A model generated the notes under the pieces. That model was given only the letters and a program-made list of their open reading frames with translations. It was not told the origin of the DNA and made no database searches. This document shows positions 29,799 to 40,630 of a stretch of 64,000 nt of DNA, piece by piece. Made by a program: the position numbers and the translations under genes. The stretch covers positions 1,120,001-1,184,000 of the forward strand of contig OZ244999.1 of the NCBI GenBank assembly GCA_965223265.1. Reading direction: 5' to 3'. How positions within the stretch are numbered: the first letter of the stretch is position 1; each line of letters begins with the position of its first letter. Source of the DNA: Planctomycetota bacterium (GTDB lineage Bacteria; Planctomycetota; UBA8108; SXIK01).

Positions 29799-31292
29799 GT
29801 GGACGTTCGCTCGCAGATTTCGATGGTTTTTCACCTGGATAAATGCATCGGCTGCCACACCTGCAGCATCGCCTGCAAGAACGTGTGGACCGACCGCAAG
29901 GGTACTGAGTACATGTGGTGGAACAACGTCGAAACGAAGCCAGGTACGGGCTACCCCACCAAGTGGGAGGACCAGAAGGAGTACCGCGGCGGCTGGAAGA
30001 AGAAGGACGACGACAATCTCGAGCTGCGCTCCACAGACAAGAAGCGGATCGTTCCCAACATTTTCCACAACCCGTCCATGCCGAGTATGGACGAGTATTA
30101 CGAGCCCTGGACGTACAAGTACGAGGATCTCTTCAACGCACCCGAGGGAGACGATCAACCAACTGCACGACCGATCTCCAAAGTAACGGGCGAGTATATC
30201 AACGTCGAGTCGGGGCCGAACTGGGACGACGATCTCGGCGGTTCGCCGAACTACGCTGAGAACGACCCTAACCTCGAGGCTTTGACTCCGCAGGAGCGAG
30301 GTCAGCTCTTCGCTATTGAACGCCTGGTGTTCTTCTACTTCCCGCGGATTTGCAATCACTGCCTCAATCCGTCGTGCGTCGCTTCCTGCCCATCGGGAGC
30401 GCTCTACAAACGCGGCGAGGACGGCATCGTTCTGATCGATCAGAAAGTGTGCCGCGCCTGGCGCTCCTGCGTCGCCGCGTGTCCGTACAAAAAGACGTAC
30501 TACAACTGGTTCACCGGCAAGTCGGAGAAGTGCATCCTCTGCTTTCCGCGGATCGAGACGGGCCAGGCTCCCGCCTGCTTCCATTCGTGTGTGGGTCGCA
30601 TCCGCTATCTAGGAGTGCTGCTCTACGACGCGGACCAAATCGAAGAAGTCGCCAAAAAGCCCGACGATGAGCTGGTCGAAGCTCAGCGCGCGATGATTCT
30701 CGATCCTCACGACCCGGCTGTGATCAAGGCCGCCCAGAAAAACGGAATCCACGACGCCGTCATCGAAGCTGCGCAGCAGTCACCGGTCTACGAGTTCGTG
30801 AAGAAGTGGAAGATTGCGCTGCCACCGCATATCGAGTACCGAACCCTGCCGATGTTGTTTTACGTCCCGCCGCTTCTACCGGTCATGGCAAAACAAGGAG
30901 ACAAGACAGTCTCCAGTGTGTCGGACGATTTCTTCCACGAGATCGAGGAGGCGCGCATCCCCCTTGCCTTCCTCGGCAAGCTCTTCGGCGGTGGTAACGT
31001 CGGCAAGGTGTCTTATGCGCTGCGCAAGCAGATGGCCGTCCGTGCGTACCGCCGAGCCGTGACCGTCGGCGACATGGACCAGGAAATCGCGCGCCGCATG
31101 CTGCAGGAGGCCGATTGCTCCGAGCAGGAAGCTGAGGCGATCTACAAGCTCACGTCTCTGTGTACGTTCGAAGAACGATTTGTGATCCCTGCTGCCCAGC
31201 GCGAAGAGGCTATTGAGATGATGAAGGATCCGCTCGAGCACAAGCAGAACGCCGGTTTTGGTTTTCTGTCCGGCCCCCGGAGAGGACTCTGA
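29799..31292 (+). CDS. narH: Nitrate reductase beta (Fe-S) subunit
   Basis: LDKCIGCHTCSIACKNVW, PRICNHCLNPSCVASCPSG, CRAWRSCVAACPYKK, KCILCFPR, EYRTLPM. Confidence 0.96.
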   Translation: MDVRSQISMVFHLDKCIGCHTCSIACKNVWTDRKGTEYMWWNNVETKPGTGYPTKWEDQKEYRGGWKKKDDDNLELRSTDKKRIVPNIFHNPSMPSMDEYYEPWTYKYEDLFNAPEGDDQPTARPISKVTGEYINVESGPNWDDDLGGSPNYAENDPNLEALTPQERGQLFAIERLVFFYFPRICNHCLNPSCVASCPSGALYKRGEDGIVLIDQKVCRAWRSCVAACPYKKTYYNWFTGKSEKCILCFPRIETGQAPACFHSCVGRIRYLGVLLYDADQIEEVAKKPDDELVEAQRAMILDPHDPAVIKAAQKNGIHDAVIEAAQQSPVYEFVKKWKIALPPHIEYRTLPMLFYVPPLLPVMAKQGDKTVSSVSDDFFHEIEEARIPLAFLGKLFGGGNVGKVSYALRKQMAVRAYRRAVTVGDMDQEIARRMLQEADCSEQEAEAIYKLTSLCTFEERFVIPAAQREEAIEMMKDPLEHKQNAGFGFLSGPRRGL

Positions 31293-31295
31293 CCT

Positions 31296-31907
31296 ATGGA
31301 CGGCGACCGTTCCTTCTACAAGGATCTGGCAGTGCTCTTAAGCTATCCGGGCGATGCCGGTTACAAGGAGGCTGTCGATTACGCCATCAAGGGTTTGCAC
31401 AGGCTCAAGCCGGAGTTAGGAAAACTCCTGGCGCCGTTTGGCGAGTTCGTCGCTGCACACTCCGTCGAAGATCTCGAGGAGACTTACACACGCACCTTCG
31501 ATATCAATCCCGACTGCACGCTGGAGATCGGGTGGCAGCTCTACGGCGAAAACTACTCGCGCGGGAAGCTGCTGGTCACCATGCGTGGCCTCATGCGTGA
31601 GCTCGGTCTGGAGGAGTCTCCCGAGCTACCGGATCACCTGACTCACGTCTTGTCCATCATGGGTCAGCAGGAGACGCCGGCGGCCAAAGAGTTGGCCGCG
31701 AGCTACGTGCTTCCCGCGCTGGCAAAGATGCGCCTCGGGTTGCCGTCGGAAAACAAGGAGAAACCCCATGGGCTCGTTCTGGAGGCGATCGAAACCGTGC
31801 TCCGGGAGATCCACTCCATTCCAGCGGCTGATTCAGGCCTCGTGGAGTTGACCGTCCTTCCATCAGCGATCGACGAGGCATCCGAACCGTACAACGAGAT
31901 GACATGA
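31296..31907 (+). CDS. narJ: Nitrate reductase molybdenum cofactor assembly chaperone
   Basis: LL.YP, LEE.YT.TFD, GE...RG..L, ELPDHL; lies between narH and narI. Confidence 0.9.
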   Translation: MDGDRSFYKDLAVLLSYPGDAGYKEAVDYAIKGLHRLKPELGKLLAPFGEFVAAHSVEDLEETYTRTFDINPDCTLEIGWQLYGENYSRGKLLVTMRGLMRELGLEESPELPDHLTHVLSIMGQQETPAAKELAASYVLPALAKMRLGLPSENKEKPHGLVLEAIETVLREIHSIPAADSGLVELTVLPSAIDEASEPYNEMT

Positions 31908-32644
31908 TCGGAGGTCCCGTGCGAATTCTGGGATTTCTCGGCTTTGAAAAGCTTCAGTATCTCGACCAAATCCTCTTCGCGGTCTTTCCGTACCTGGCGT
32001 TCGGGCTGTTCTTGCTCGTAACGATTCAGAGGTACCGCAAGCAGTCGTTCACGTACTCCAGTCTCTCCTCGCAGTTCCTGGAAAACCGTCACCACTTCTG
32101 GGGTATGGTTCCGTTTCATTATGGCATCCTCGTGATCCTCGCTGGGCATGTCATTGCCTTTCTGATTCCTCGGCAGGTACTGCTTTGGAACCAGAACCCG
32201 CTGCGCCTCTACGTTCTCGAGATCTCGGCGCTCATCTTCGGCCTTCTGTGCCTCGTCGGTTTGGTCAACGTCATCATCCGGCGCTTTACGAGCCCGAAGC
32301 TCCGACAAGTGACGACGGTCTCCGATTGGATCATCTACGCCATGCTCCTCTTTCAGGTGTTCAGCGGTATCTACGTAGCAATCTTCGTAGGCTGGGGATC
32401 ATCCTGGTTCGCTTCAACCCTGACCCCCTACCTGTGGTCGCTACTCAAGCTCAACCCGGACATCTCTTACGTCACCTCCATGCCTTGGTGGGTGAAGTTG
32501 CACATCCTGTCGGCCTTTTCGCTGATTGCCTTTTTTCCGTTCACCCGACTGGTTCACATCCTCGTCATCCCCAACATGTACCTTTGGCGCCGGCCTCAGG
32601 TCGTGCGCTGGAACTGGGACCGCGAAAGAAGAAGGGTGGACTGA
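31904..32644 (+). CDS. narI: Nitrate reductase gamma subunit (di-heme cytochrome b)
   Basis: PY, SSQFLE, FHYGIL....GH, KLH, FPFTRLVH; all four heme-ligand His are present. Confidence 0.95.
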   Translation: MIGGPVRILGFLGFEKLQYLDQILFAVFPYLAFGLFLLVTIQRYRKQSFTYSSLSSQFLENRHHFWGMVPFHYGILVILAGHVIAFLIPRQVLLWNQNPLRLYVLEISALIFGLLCLVGLVNVIIRRFTSPKLRQVTTVSDWIIYAMLLFQVFSGIYVAIFVGWGSSWFASTLTPYLWSLLKLNPDISYVTSMPWWVKLHILSAFSLIAFFPFTRLVHILVIPNMYLWRRPQVVRWNWDRERRRVD

Positions 32645-32753
32645 ATACGACTGTGGCCATGCGTGAAGACCTCACTTCCGCGGGAGACAAGCGGCCTGCC
32701 GGGCCTGTCACGAACGGCTCGCGCAATACGCGAGCAACAAAAAAGGAAGGACC

Positions 32754-34370
32754 ATGGCACGATTAGAACGCTGGGAACCCGAAGACCCGCAGTTCTGGGA
32801 GGATACGGGCAAGGCCACGGCCCGTCGCAACCTCTGGGTCTCGATCCCCAACTTGCTATTAGGCTTCGCTGTTTGGATCTACTGGGGGATGGTCGCCAAG
32901 TACATTCAAAGACTCCACTTCGCGAGTGACGGTGAGCTTTTCAACTTCACCTTCATGAACGAAGGTCAACCCTTCGGCGACGACGGATACCGCGCTCTCT
33001 TGTTCACGCTACCGGCGGTGGCCGGCCTTGCCGGCGCAACCCTCCGGATTCCTAACTCGTTCATGATCGCGGTCTGCGGCGGGCGGAACGTGAAGTTCAC
33101 GACGACGCTGCTGCTGATCCTACCAGCCTTGGGCGCGGGGATCGCACTGCGCGATCACACGACGCCGTTTTACATCTTCATTCTCCTCGCTGCGCTCTCC
33201 GGCGTCGGCGGCGGCGCGTTCGCCTCCTCCATGTCCAACATCAGCTTCTTTTACCCCAAGCGGATGCAGGGGCTCGCGCTGGGCCTGAACGCGGGACTCG
33301 GAAACCTCGGCGTCAGCGTGATGCAGTTCCTGATTCCGTGGGTGATCACGTTTGGCCTCTTCGGGGCGTTGGGGGGAGAGCCCTATGAGACGATGAAGGA
33401 CGGCGAGACCTCGCAGCTCTGGATCCAGAATGCCGGTTTGGTCTGGGTGCCCATTCTCCTGACGTGTGCGATCCTGGCGTTCTTCTGCATGAACAACCTG
33501 CCTTTCCACAAGTGCGGACCGACGCCCATCGCCGTCTCGAAGTTCCTCTGGCTGACCGTGCTCGGATACCTCGGCGCAGGCGTCGGTATCTTCTTGCTCA
33601 TCATCCCCTGGGGCGGATTTCCGATGCTCCTGAAGACTTTCCTCGTCGTCGTCGTCGCCGTCGTCGTCACGCTGTCAGCCATGCGCTACCTCACTCCGAC
33701 CGAGACGAGGAAGAACCTCCATGACCAGTTCGGCATCTTCAAGGAGAAGCACAACTGGGTCATGACCTGGCTCTACGTCATGACTTTTGGTTCTTTCATC
33801 GGTTATGCCAACGCCTTTCCAAAACTCATCGATGACGTCTTCGGCGTCTACCGGGTCGGAGCGCGCGCGGGCGAGCTGACGGGACTTTCCAGCGCCGGCT
33901 ACATCTATATTGGAGCAGGCGTGGGTGCTCTGATCCGTCCGCTGGGCGGCTGGCTCTCGGACAAGCTAGGCGGCGCCCGGGTGACGCACTGGGATACGAT
34001 CATCATGATTGCGGCGACCATCGGCGCGGGCTACTTCTGTGCCATCGCGATGGAGTCCGAAACACCACAGCAGTATTTCACTCCTTTCCTGCTCACGTTC
34101 ATCGTGCTGTTCGCAACCACCGGCATCGGCAACGGTTCGACATTCCGCATGATCGGCGTGATCTTCCAAAAGGATCAGCGCGGACCGGTGCTCGGGTGGA
34201 CGTCGGCCATCGCAGCCTACGGCGCCTACCTCATTCCGAAGATCTTTGCGACGCAGATCAAGGCCGGGACGCCCCAGTACGCGCTGTACGGTTTTGCGGG
34301 CTACTATCTGTCGTGCCTCTTGGTGAACTGGTGGTTCTACGCTCGAAAGAACGCAGAGATCGAATGTTAG
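32754..34370 (+). CDS. narK: Nitrate/nitrite transporter (NarK/NarU, NarK2-type)
   Basis: WEPED..FW, RRNLW.S, GGG.FASSM.NIS.FYPK, GLNAGLGNLG, TFGSFIG, GIGNGSTF. Confidence 0.93.
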   Translation: MARLERWEPEDPQFWEDTGKATARRNLWVSIPNLLLGFAVWIYWGMVAKYIQRLHFASDGELFNFTFMNEGQPFGDDGYRALLFTLPAVAGLAGATLRIPNSFMIAVCGGRNVKFTTTLLLILPALGAGIALRDHTTPFYIFILLAALSGVGGGAFASSMSNISFFYPKRMQGLALGLNAGLGNLGVSVMQFLIPWVITFGLFGALGGEPYETMKDGETSQLWIQNAGLVWVPILLTCAILAFFCMNNLPFHKCGPTPIAVSKFLWLTVLGYLGAGVGIFLLIIPWGGFPMLLKTFLVVVVAVVVTLSAMRYLTPTETRKNLHDQFGIFKEKHNWVMTWLYVMTFGSFIGYANAFPKLIDDVFGVYRVGARAGELTGLSSAGYIYIGAGVGALIRPLGGWLSDKLGGARVTHWDTIIMIAATIGAGYFCAIAMESETPQQYFTPFLLTFIVLFATTGIGNGSTFRMIGVIFQKDQRGPVLGWTSAIAAYGAYLIPKIFATQIKAGTPQYALYGFAGYYLSCLLVNWWFYARKNAEIEC

Positions 34371-35062
34371 CCTCTCCTGGAAGCCCGATGTGGAAACGAA
34401 CGATCTCCGTAGTCCTGGGGATCAGTCTCGTTCTCGTTCTCGTGTCCGTGTTCGGACTCGTGGGGGAGGTCCACCTTCCAGGCAACCACGTGGGATACTC
34501 GCCGGCGCAGCCCATCGCCTACTCCCACCGGCTGCACGCGGGGGAGCTCGGAATCCCCTGCCTCTACTGCCACTTCGGCGCCGAGAAGAGTCGGCACGCT
34601 GGGGTCCCCTCAGCGGACATCTGCATGAACTGTCACAAATTCGTGACCGCGCCACTGGTGGAGGTGCGCGACGAGGAGAAACGCGCAACTCAGGAGAAGC
34701 GCCCAACCGTGCCAGTCGTGTCCAGTGAGATCCGAAAGATCTACGACGCTTTGGGGCTCGACGACAACCGCCAGCCCGACCCCACCAAAACGCCGACGCC
34801 CATCGCCTGGACCCAAGTCCACCGCTTACCAGATTACGTTTACTTCGACCACCGACCGCACGTCCATGCGGGTGTCGCCTGTCAGACCTGCCACGGACCG
34901 GTCGAGCAGATGGAGAAAGTGTACCAGGTCGAAACCCTCTCCATGGGCTGGTGCGTCCACTGCCACCGCAGTGAAAAACCAACCGGCCAACAGGTAGTAC
35001 GGTCGGGCACATCAGAGATACCGAAGCACGTTTCGACCGACTGCGCAGCGTGCCACTACTGA
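34364..35062 (+). CDS. actA: Alternative complex III pentaheme cytochrome c
   Basis: N-terminal TM; P.QPIAYSH..HAG; CLYCH, CMNCH, CQTCH, CVHCH, CAACHY; LPDYVYFDH. Start overlaps the narK stop (alternative start 34388). Confidence 0.92.
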   Translation: MLASPGSPMWKRTISVVLGISLVLVLVSVFGLVGEVHLPGNHVGYSPAQPIAYSHRLHAGELGIPCLYCHFGAEKSRHAGVPSADICMNCHKFVTAPLVEVRDEEKRATQEKRPTVPVVSSEIRKIYDALGLDDNRQPDPTKTPTPIAWTQVHRLPDYVYFDHRPHVHAGVACQTCHGPVEQMEKVYQVETLSMGWCVHCHRSEKPTGQQVVRSGTSEIPKHVSTDCAACHY

Positions 35063-35076
35063 GTCAGGGTCATTTC

Positions 35077-38000
35077 ATGGCTTCGAACGCGGACGGCAAA
35101 GAGTATTGGAAGGCGCTCCACGAGCACGAGCGGGTGGACGTGCTAAGGGAGGATCTCGGGAATGAGTTTCCTCGCGGTCTCGTCGGCGACGCCGACTCCA
35201 CCGGGAAGCCCGCATCACCGGATGTGAAGCGTCGAGACTTCTTGAAGCTTTGTGGTTTCTCTTTGGGTGGTGCAACCATCGCGGGCTGCACGCGCGGCAA
35301 GGAGGAGAAACTCATCCCCTTCCTCATCAAGCCCGAAGAGGTGACGCCGGGCCGGGCGACGTGGTACAGCACCTCCTGTGGCGGCTGCCCCGCTGGTTGT
35401 GGTGTCCTCGCTAAGAACCGCGACGGGCGCCCCATCAAATTGGAAGGGCATCCGCAACACCCGCTCAACCGTGGTGGGCTCTGCGCTACAGGGCAGGCCT
35501 GCCTACTGGGTCTCTACGACTCGCGCCGCTTGAAACGACCTCGTGCCGACGGAGCCGATGCGAGCTGGCCGGAGGTGGATCGTCTCATTCGCCAAGAGTT
35601 GACGCGGATACGTTCCGAGGGCGGCAAGGTGCGCTTTTTGACCGAGACGCTCAACAGTCCGACGCTCACGGCGTCCATCGACGCGTTCCTTGCAACGTTC
35701 GAGGACGCCCGTCGAGTCGAATACGACCCAGTGTCCACCTCCGCTCTCCTTGATGCCCACGCAGAAGCGTACGGAGCTCGAGTCCTGCCGAGACTCCACT
35801 TCGAACGTGCCAAAGTGATCGTCAGCTTCGACGCCGACTTTCTCGGCACATGGATTTCACCTGTTGAGTTCACGGCTGGCTACCAGGATGGTCGCCAGCT
35901 TGAGGGCGAGAGCTCCACGTTCTCCTATCACGTGCAGGTGGAATCGCGCCTCTCCCTGACCGGTAGCAACGCGGACCATCGCCTCGTGATCCGCCCCGCT
36001 GATCAGACACTGATCATGGCGCACCTGGCGGAGCGGTTGGCGAAGAAAGCTGCAGTAGACTCTCCCTGGACGGCTCTCGACGCGGCGCCGATCGCCGCTT
36101 CAGAATTGGATGCTCTGGCCGACCGTCTCTGGGGGGCCCCGCGAGGCGAGACTCTTGTCGTCTGCGGAACGGACGACTTGGAAGCGCAGCGGCTCACAAT
36201 CTTCCTCAACAACATCCTAGGAAACGACCGCCCGGACGGCGGCGGATCTGTCGACCTGACGCGACCATCATTTCAGCGCCAAGGCAGCGACCGCGACCTC
36301 AGCGCACTCATCGAAGAGATGCGCTCGGGAGAGGTAACGGCGCTCTTCGTGGACAGCGTTGACCCCGTCTACGATCTTCCCGCAGTCGCGGGATTCACCG
36401 AGGCGCTGAAGCAGGTGCGTTTCGTCGTTAGTTTCGCAGAGCGTATGAACGATACGGCCGCAGTGGCGCGTTACGTCTGTCCCCGTCACGACGCCTTCGA
36501 GTCGTGGCGAGATGCCGAGCCGATCGCCGGCGTGCTCACGGTCGGCCAACCGCTCATCGCGCCGCTGGGTGATACGCGCTCCGTCGTCGAGAGTTTGGCC
36601 ATCTGGCAGGAGAAGGGCGCCGATCATCTTCAGATCCAGCGAGACGTCTGGCGTCAGAAGGTGTTTCCGCGACAGCAAGACGAGAACGACTTCGACGCTT
36701 TTTGGGATCGGTCCGTCCACGACGGCTTCGCGGTGGTCTCCGCTGGCGTCGCCGGTGAACTCTCCACGTATCGAAAACCACCGCTGAGGCGCCCTACGCC
36801 GACCCCATCGGAGCAAGCAATGCTGGAGCTGGTCCTCTACTCGAAAGTGAGCCTCGGTGACGGGCGTCACGCCTACAACCCTTGGCTCCAGGAGCTCCCC
36901 GATCCGATCAGCAAGGTGACTTGGGATAACTACGCTTCGCTCGCCCCGCGGACGGCTGCCGAACTCGGGCTGCAGACAGGTGACGTCGTCCGTGTCGGCG
37001 ATGGAAAAGCCTCGATTGATGTGCCAGTCCTGCTGCAACCAGGACAGCACCCCTCGACGGTCGCAGTCGCGCTCGGCTATGGCCATAGGGGCAGTGAACG
37101 CTTCGCGGACATTGGGCCTGAGTGGATTCACAAGCGGCCGACGATTTCGACAGGGGAGCGAGTCGGCCGCAATGCTGCCGCACTCATCCGGCTTGCAGAT
37201 GGGCGTCGGCGCTACAGCGCGTCGCCCGTTTCCATAGAGAAGACCTCTGGGGGGCATTCTCTGGCCACTACCCAGTCGCACCACTCCCTGAGCGTCCCCG
37301 CGCATCTCGCCGGTACGCATGAAGGTCCGCGTCCGATCGTTCAGGAGACAACCCTCGAAGCGTACCGGAAGGATCCAAGCTCTGGTTCCCACAAGCACCA
37401 CGAGCTCCTGTCAATCTGGAGCGAGGACCATCGATACGACGGGCACCACTGGGGGATGGCAATCGACCTCAGCCGGTGTACGGGCTGCAGTGCATGCGTG
37501 CTCGGCTGCCAGGCGGAGAACAATATCCCCGTCGTGGGTAAGGACGAAGTCCTGCGAGAGCGTGAGATGAGCTGGCTTCGCATCGATCGCTACTACAGCG
37601 GCGACGACGATATCGAGGTTGTCCACCAACCCATGATGTGTCAGCACTGCGACAACGCACCGTGCGAAAACGTGTGCCCTGTGTTGGCCACAGTGCACAG
37701 CTCTGAAGGCCTCAATCAGCAGGTCTACAATCGCTGTGTCGGCACGCGCTACTGCGCCAACAACTGCCCCTACAAGACACGACGTTTCAACTGGTTCGAT
37801 TACCCCCGGGAGGACTCAGTTGAGAACATGGTGCTCAATCCGGACGTCACTGTCCGATCGCGGGGCATCATGGAGAAATGCTCGTTTTGTGTCCAGCGCA
37901 TCCAAGAAGCCAAGGCTGAAGCGAAACGAACTGGACGTTCACTCCGCGATGGGGATGTCCAGCCTGCTTGCCAGCAGTCCTGCCCGAGCAAGGCGATCGT

Positions 38001-38160
38001 TTTCGGCGACCGCAATGACCCCAAGAGTGAGATCTCGAGAAGGATGAAGGACCCGCGGCACTTCCGTGTCCTCGAGGAATTGAACGTACTGCCTTCCGTC
38101 GGGTATCTCACCTCCGTCAAGAACCGCGCTCCGAAGGAGGGAGACGAGCACCATGGCTAG
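35077..38160 (+). CDS. actB: Alternative complex III ActB (Mo-enzyme-like B1 plus Fe-S B2), Tat-exported
   Basis: EYWK.L, RRDFLK; [11 protein letters not shown]; [18 protein letters not shown]; [53 protein letters not shown]. Confidence 0.93.
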   Translation: MASNADGKEYWKALHEHERVDVLREDLGNEFPRGLVGDADSTGKPASPDVKRRDFLKLCGFSLGGATIAGCTRGKEEKLIPFLIKPEEVTPGRATWYSTSCGGCPAGCGVLAKNRDGRPIKLEGHPQHPLNRGGLCATGQACLLGLYDSRRLKRPRADGADASWPEVDRLIRQELTRIRSEGGKVRFLTETLNSPTLTASIDAFLATFEDARRVEYDPVSTSALLDAHAEAYGARVLPRLHFERAKVIVSFDADFLGTWISPVEFTAGYQDGRQLEGESSTFSYHVQVESRLSLTGSNADHRLVIRPADQTLIMAHLAERLAKKAAVDSPWTALDAAPIAASELDALADRLWGAPRGETLVVCGTDDLEAQRLTIFLNNILGNDRPDGGGSVDLTRPSFQRQGSDRDLSALIEEMRSGEVTALFVDSVDPVYDLPAVAGFTEALKQVRFVVSFAERMNDTAAVARYVCPRHDAFESWRDAEPIAGVLTVGQPLIAPLGDTRSVVESLAIWQEKGADHLQIQRDVWRQKVFPRQQDENDFDAFWDRSVHDGFAVVSAGVAGELSTYRKPPLRRPTPTPSEQAMLELVLYSKVSLGDGRHAYNPWLQELPDPISKVTWDNYASLAPRTAAELGLQTGDVVRVGDGKASIDVPVLLQPGQHPSTVAVALGYGHRGSERFADIGPEWIHKRPTISTGERVGRNAAALIRLADGRRRYSASPVSIEKTSGGHSLATTQSHHSLSVPAHLAGTHEGPRPIVQETTLEAYRKDPSSGSHKHHELLSIWSEDHRYDGHHWGMAIDLSRCTGCSACVLGCQAENNIPVVGKDEVLREREMSWLRIDRYYSGDDDIEVVHQPMMCQHCDNAPCENVCPVLATVHSSEGLNQQVYNRCVGTRYCANNCPYKTRRFNWFDYPREDSVENMVLNPDVTVRSRGIMEKCSFCVQRIQEAKAEAKRTGRSLRDGDVQPACQQSCPSKAIVFGDRNDPKSEISRRMKDPRHFRVLEELNVLPSVGYLTSVKNRAPKEGDEHHG

Positions 38161-39526
38161 CGTCACTTCACCCCTCCGACAACCGCTCGTCAGCGGCGAT
38201 AAGGACTGCGCACAGGTCACGATAGACGTTTGCAGCCCTCTGGAACGGAAACCAACCCGGCTGTGGTACATCGCTTTCGCGGTCGCCTTGGCGCTGCTTC
38301 TTATCGGCGTGATCGCCGTGGCCTATCAGATCGCCGTTGGCATCGGGACCTGGGGGCTGAACAAGACGGTGGGCTGGGCGTTCGACATCACGAACTTTGT
38401 GTTTTGGATCGGCATCGGTCACGCGGGAACGCTGATTTCGGCGATCCTTTTTCTCTTTCGCCAGCGCTGGCGCACCGCGGTGAACCGATCGGCCGAGGCG
38501 ATGACGATCTTCGCCGTCATGTGTGCGGGGATCTTTCCTTTGATCCACATGGGTCGCCCTTGGCTGGCCTATTGGGTCCTACCCTATCCGAACACGCGTG
38601 GTCCCCTGTGGGTCAACTTCCGCTCCGCTCTTCTGTGGGATGTATTCGCTATCAGTACGTATTTTCTTATCTCTCTCGTCTTCTGGTATCTCGGTCTCGT
38701 GCCCGACTTCGCTACTCTGCGCGACCGCGCCAAAACAAAAATCCGCCGCGCCCTCTTCGGCTTCTTTAGTCTCGGTTGGAACGGCTCCAACAGAACGTGG
38801 CGGCACTACGAGATCGTTTACCTTTTGCTTGCCGGCCTGGCTACTCCCCTTGTGCTATCCGTCCACACGATCGTCAGTTTCGATTTCGCGACGTCGGTGA
38901 TTCCTGGCTGGCACACGACGATTCTACCGCCGTACTTCGTGGCCGGAGCGATCTTCAGCGGCATGTCCATGGTCTTAACTCTGATGCTCATCGCCCGAAA
39001 GGTCATGAACTTTGAAGACTACATCACGACGAACCACATCGACGCGATGTGCAAGCTCGTGCTCGCGACGGGAGGGATGGTCGCTTTAGCCTACGGCACT
39101 GAGTTCTTTATCGCGCTCTACTCGGGCAACCAGTACGAACGCTTTGCGTTCGTCAACCGAGCGATGGGCCCCTTCGCGTGGGCCTACTGGATTATGGTGA
39201 GCTGCAACGTCCTCGTGCCGCAGCTCTTTTGGTCACGGAGGATTCGCAGAAGTGTGGGCCTCGTCTTCATCCTCGCACTTCTCGTCAACGTCGGCATGTG
39301 GTTTGAGCGCTTCGTCATCATAGTGATCTCACTCCATCGCGATTTCCTGCCTTCGAGCTGGGCGGACTACACGCCGACTTCGATCGAGATCGCTACTCTG
39401 GCCGGCAGCTTCGGCCTTTTCTTCACCTGCTTTCTGATCTTCTGCCGCTTCCTGCCGATGATCGCCATCGGCGAGGTAAAAGGTGTACTCAGCTACGCCC
39501 GTGCAAAGAGAGAACGTCACCGATGA
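38153..39526 (+). CDS. actC: Alternative complex III quinol-binding NrfD/PsrC-family subunit
   Basis: [66 protein letters not shown]. Confidence 0.95.
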   Translation: MASVTSPLRQPLVSGDKDCAQVTIDVCSPLERKPTRLWYIAFAVALALLLIGVIAVAYQIAVGIGTWGLNKTVGWAFDITNFVFWIGIGHAGTLISAILFLFRQRWRTAVNRSAEAMTIFAVMCAGIFPLIHMGRPWLAYWVLPYPNTRGPLWVNFRSALLWDVFAISTYFLISLVFWYLGLVPDFATLRDRAKTKIRRALFGFFSLGWNGSNRTWRHYEIVYLLLAGLATPLVLSVHTIVSFDFATSVIPGWHTTILPPYFVAGAIFSGMSMVLTLMLIARKVMNFEDYITTNHIDAMCKLVLATGGMVALAYGTEFFIALYSGNQYERFAFVNRAMGPFAWAYWIMVSCNVLVPQLFWSRRIRRSVGLVFILALLVNVGMWFERFVIIVISLHRDFLPSSWADYTPTSIEIATLAGSFGLFFTCFLIFCRFLPMIAIGEVKGVLSYARAKRERHR

Positions 39527-40050
39527 AAGCCAACGGATCACGTCACTGGATCGCCGCTTTCGCGTCCGAGGAGGACATCCTGGGCGTTACCAACACCTCA
39601 CGTCAGCGAGGCTACAGAATCGTCGATGTCTACACTCCGTACGCGGTGCACGGGCTCGACGACGCCATGGGCCTGAAGCGATCGCGGATCACCTGGGTGT
39701 GTTTCTTTGCCGGCCTGGCCGGAGCCGTCGGGATGCTCTGGCTGGGCACGTGGACCCTGGCGGTGGACTGGCCCACGAACATCGGCGGCAAACCGTTCAA
39801 CTCGCTTCCAGCGATCATCCCCGTTGTCTTCGAAGTAACCGTCCTGCTCGCCGGCTTTGGCAGCGTGTTCGCTCTGCTGATCTGCTGCCGCCTCTTTCCC
39901 GGCAAGCAGGCAACGCTGCCTGCGCCCGGTGTGACGGACGACCGGTTCGTCCTCGTCTTGGAGGAGACAGACTCATCCGTCGATCCGCGTGACGTCGAAG
40001 ATCTCTTCGAGGAGTACGGAGCCGTCGAAGTCGAGACTCGCTACGAGTAG
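39523..40050 (+). CDS. actD: Alternative complex III ActD (DUF3341)
   Basis: [36 protein letters not shown]. Confidence 0.93.
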   Translation: MKANGSRHWIAAFASEEDILGVTNTSRQRGYRIVDVYTPYAVHGLDDAMGLKRSRITWVCFFAGLAGAVGMLWLGTWTLAVDWPTNIGGKPFNSLPAIIPVVFEVTVLLAGFGSVFALLICCRLFPGKQATLPAPGVTDDRFVLVLEETDSSVDPRDVEDLFEEYGAVEVETRYE

Positions 40051-40057
40051 AGATACC

Positions 40058-40630
40058 ATGAAACTCGGCAAACTGAACGTGACGCTTATCGCCTTTCTCT
40101 GCGTCGGCGTGGGCGTCCACCTGAGTGTTCGTCCAGACGCGAGCCGGAGAAACTTCGAGTTCTTGCCGGAAATGGTAGAGTCAGTGCCCTTCGACGCCCA
40201 GGGGCCGAACGACAACTTTCTGGATGGCAAGAATCTACGTTCCCCCGTTCCTGGAACGATCGCGCGTGGTTACCTGCCTCTACGCTACGCCCCGACTCCA
40301 GAGGATGCCCTGCGCGCGGGCAAGGAGCTGGTGAACCCCTTTGATTCTGCGGACGAGGCAGCGCTGGCGCGCGGCGCGTTCGTCTACCAAAACTTCTGTC
40401 AGGTTTGTCACGACTCCGCCGGACTCGGTAAGGGAGTCCTCAGCACGCGTGGAGTTCCGCCGCCGCCGTCGCTTAAGGCCGAGCGTGCGCTGGCAATGAA
40501 AGACGGTCAGATGTTCCACGTCCTCAGCTTCGGACAGGGCAACATGGGTTCCTACGCCTCCCAGCTGGACCGAGATGATCGGTGGAAAACCATTCTTTAC
40601 GTGCGTTCGCTACAGAAGAAAGAACCATGA
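40058..40630 (+). CDS. actE: Alternative complex III monoheme cytochrome c
   Basis: Start ATG 40058; P.M..S, R.PVPGTIARG, NP, CQVCH, DG..FH....G..NMGSYASQ....DRW....YVRSLQ. Confidence 0.9.
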   Translation: MKLGKLNVTLIAFLCVGVGVHLSVRPDASRRNFEFLPEMVESVPFDAQGPNDNFLDGKNLRSPVPGTIARGYLPLRYAPTPEDALRAGKELVNPFDSADEAALARGAFVYQNFCQVCHDSAGLGKGVLSTRGVPPPPSLKAERALAMKDGQMFHVLSFGQGNMGSYASQLDRDDRWKTILYVRSLQKKEP

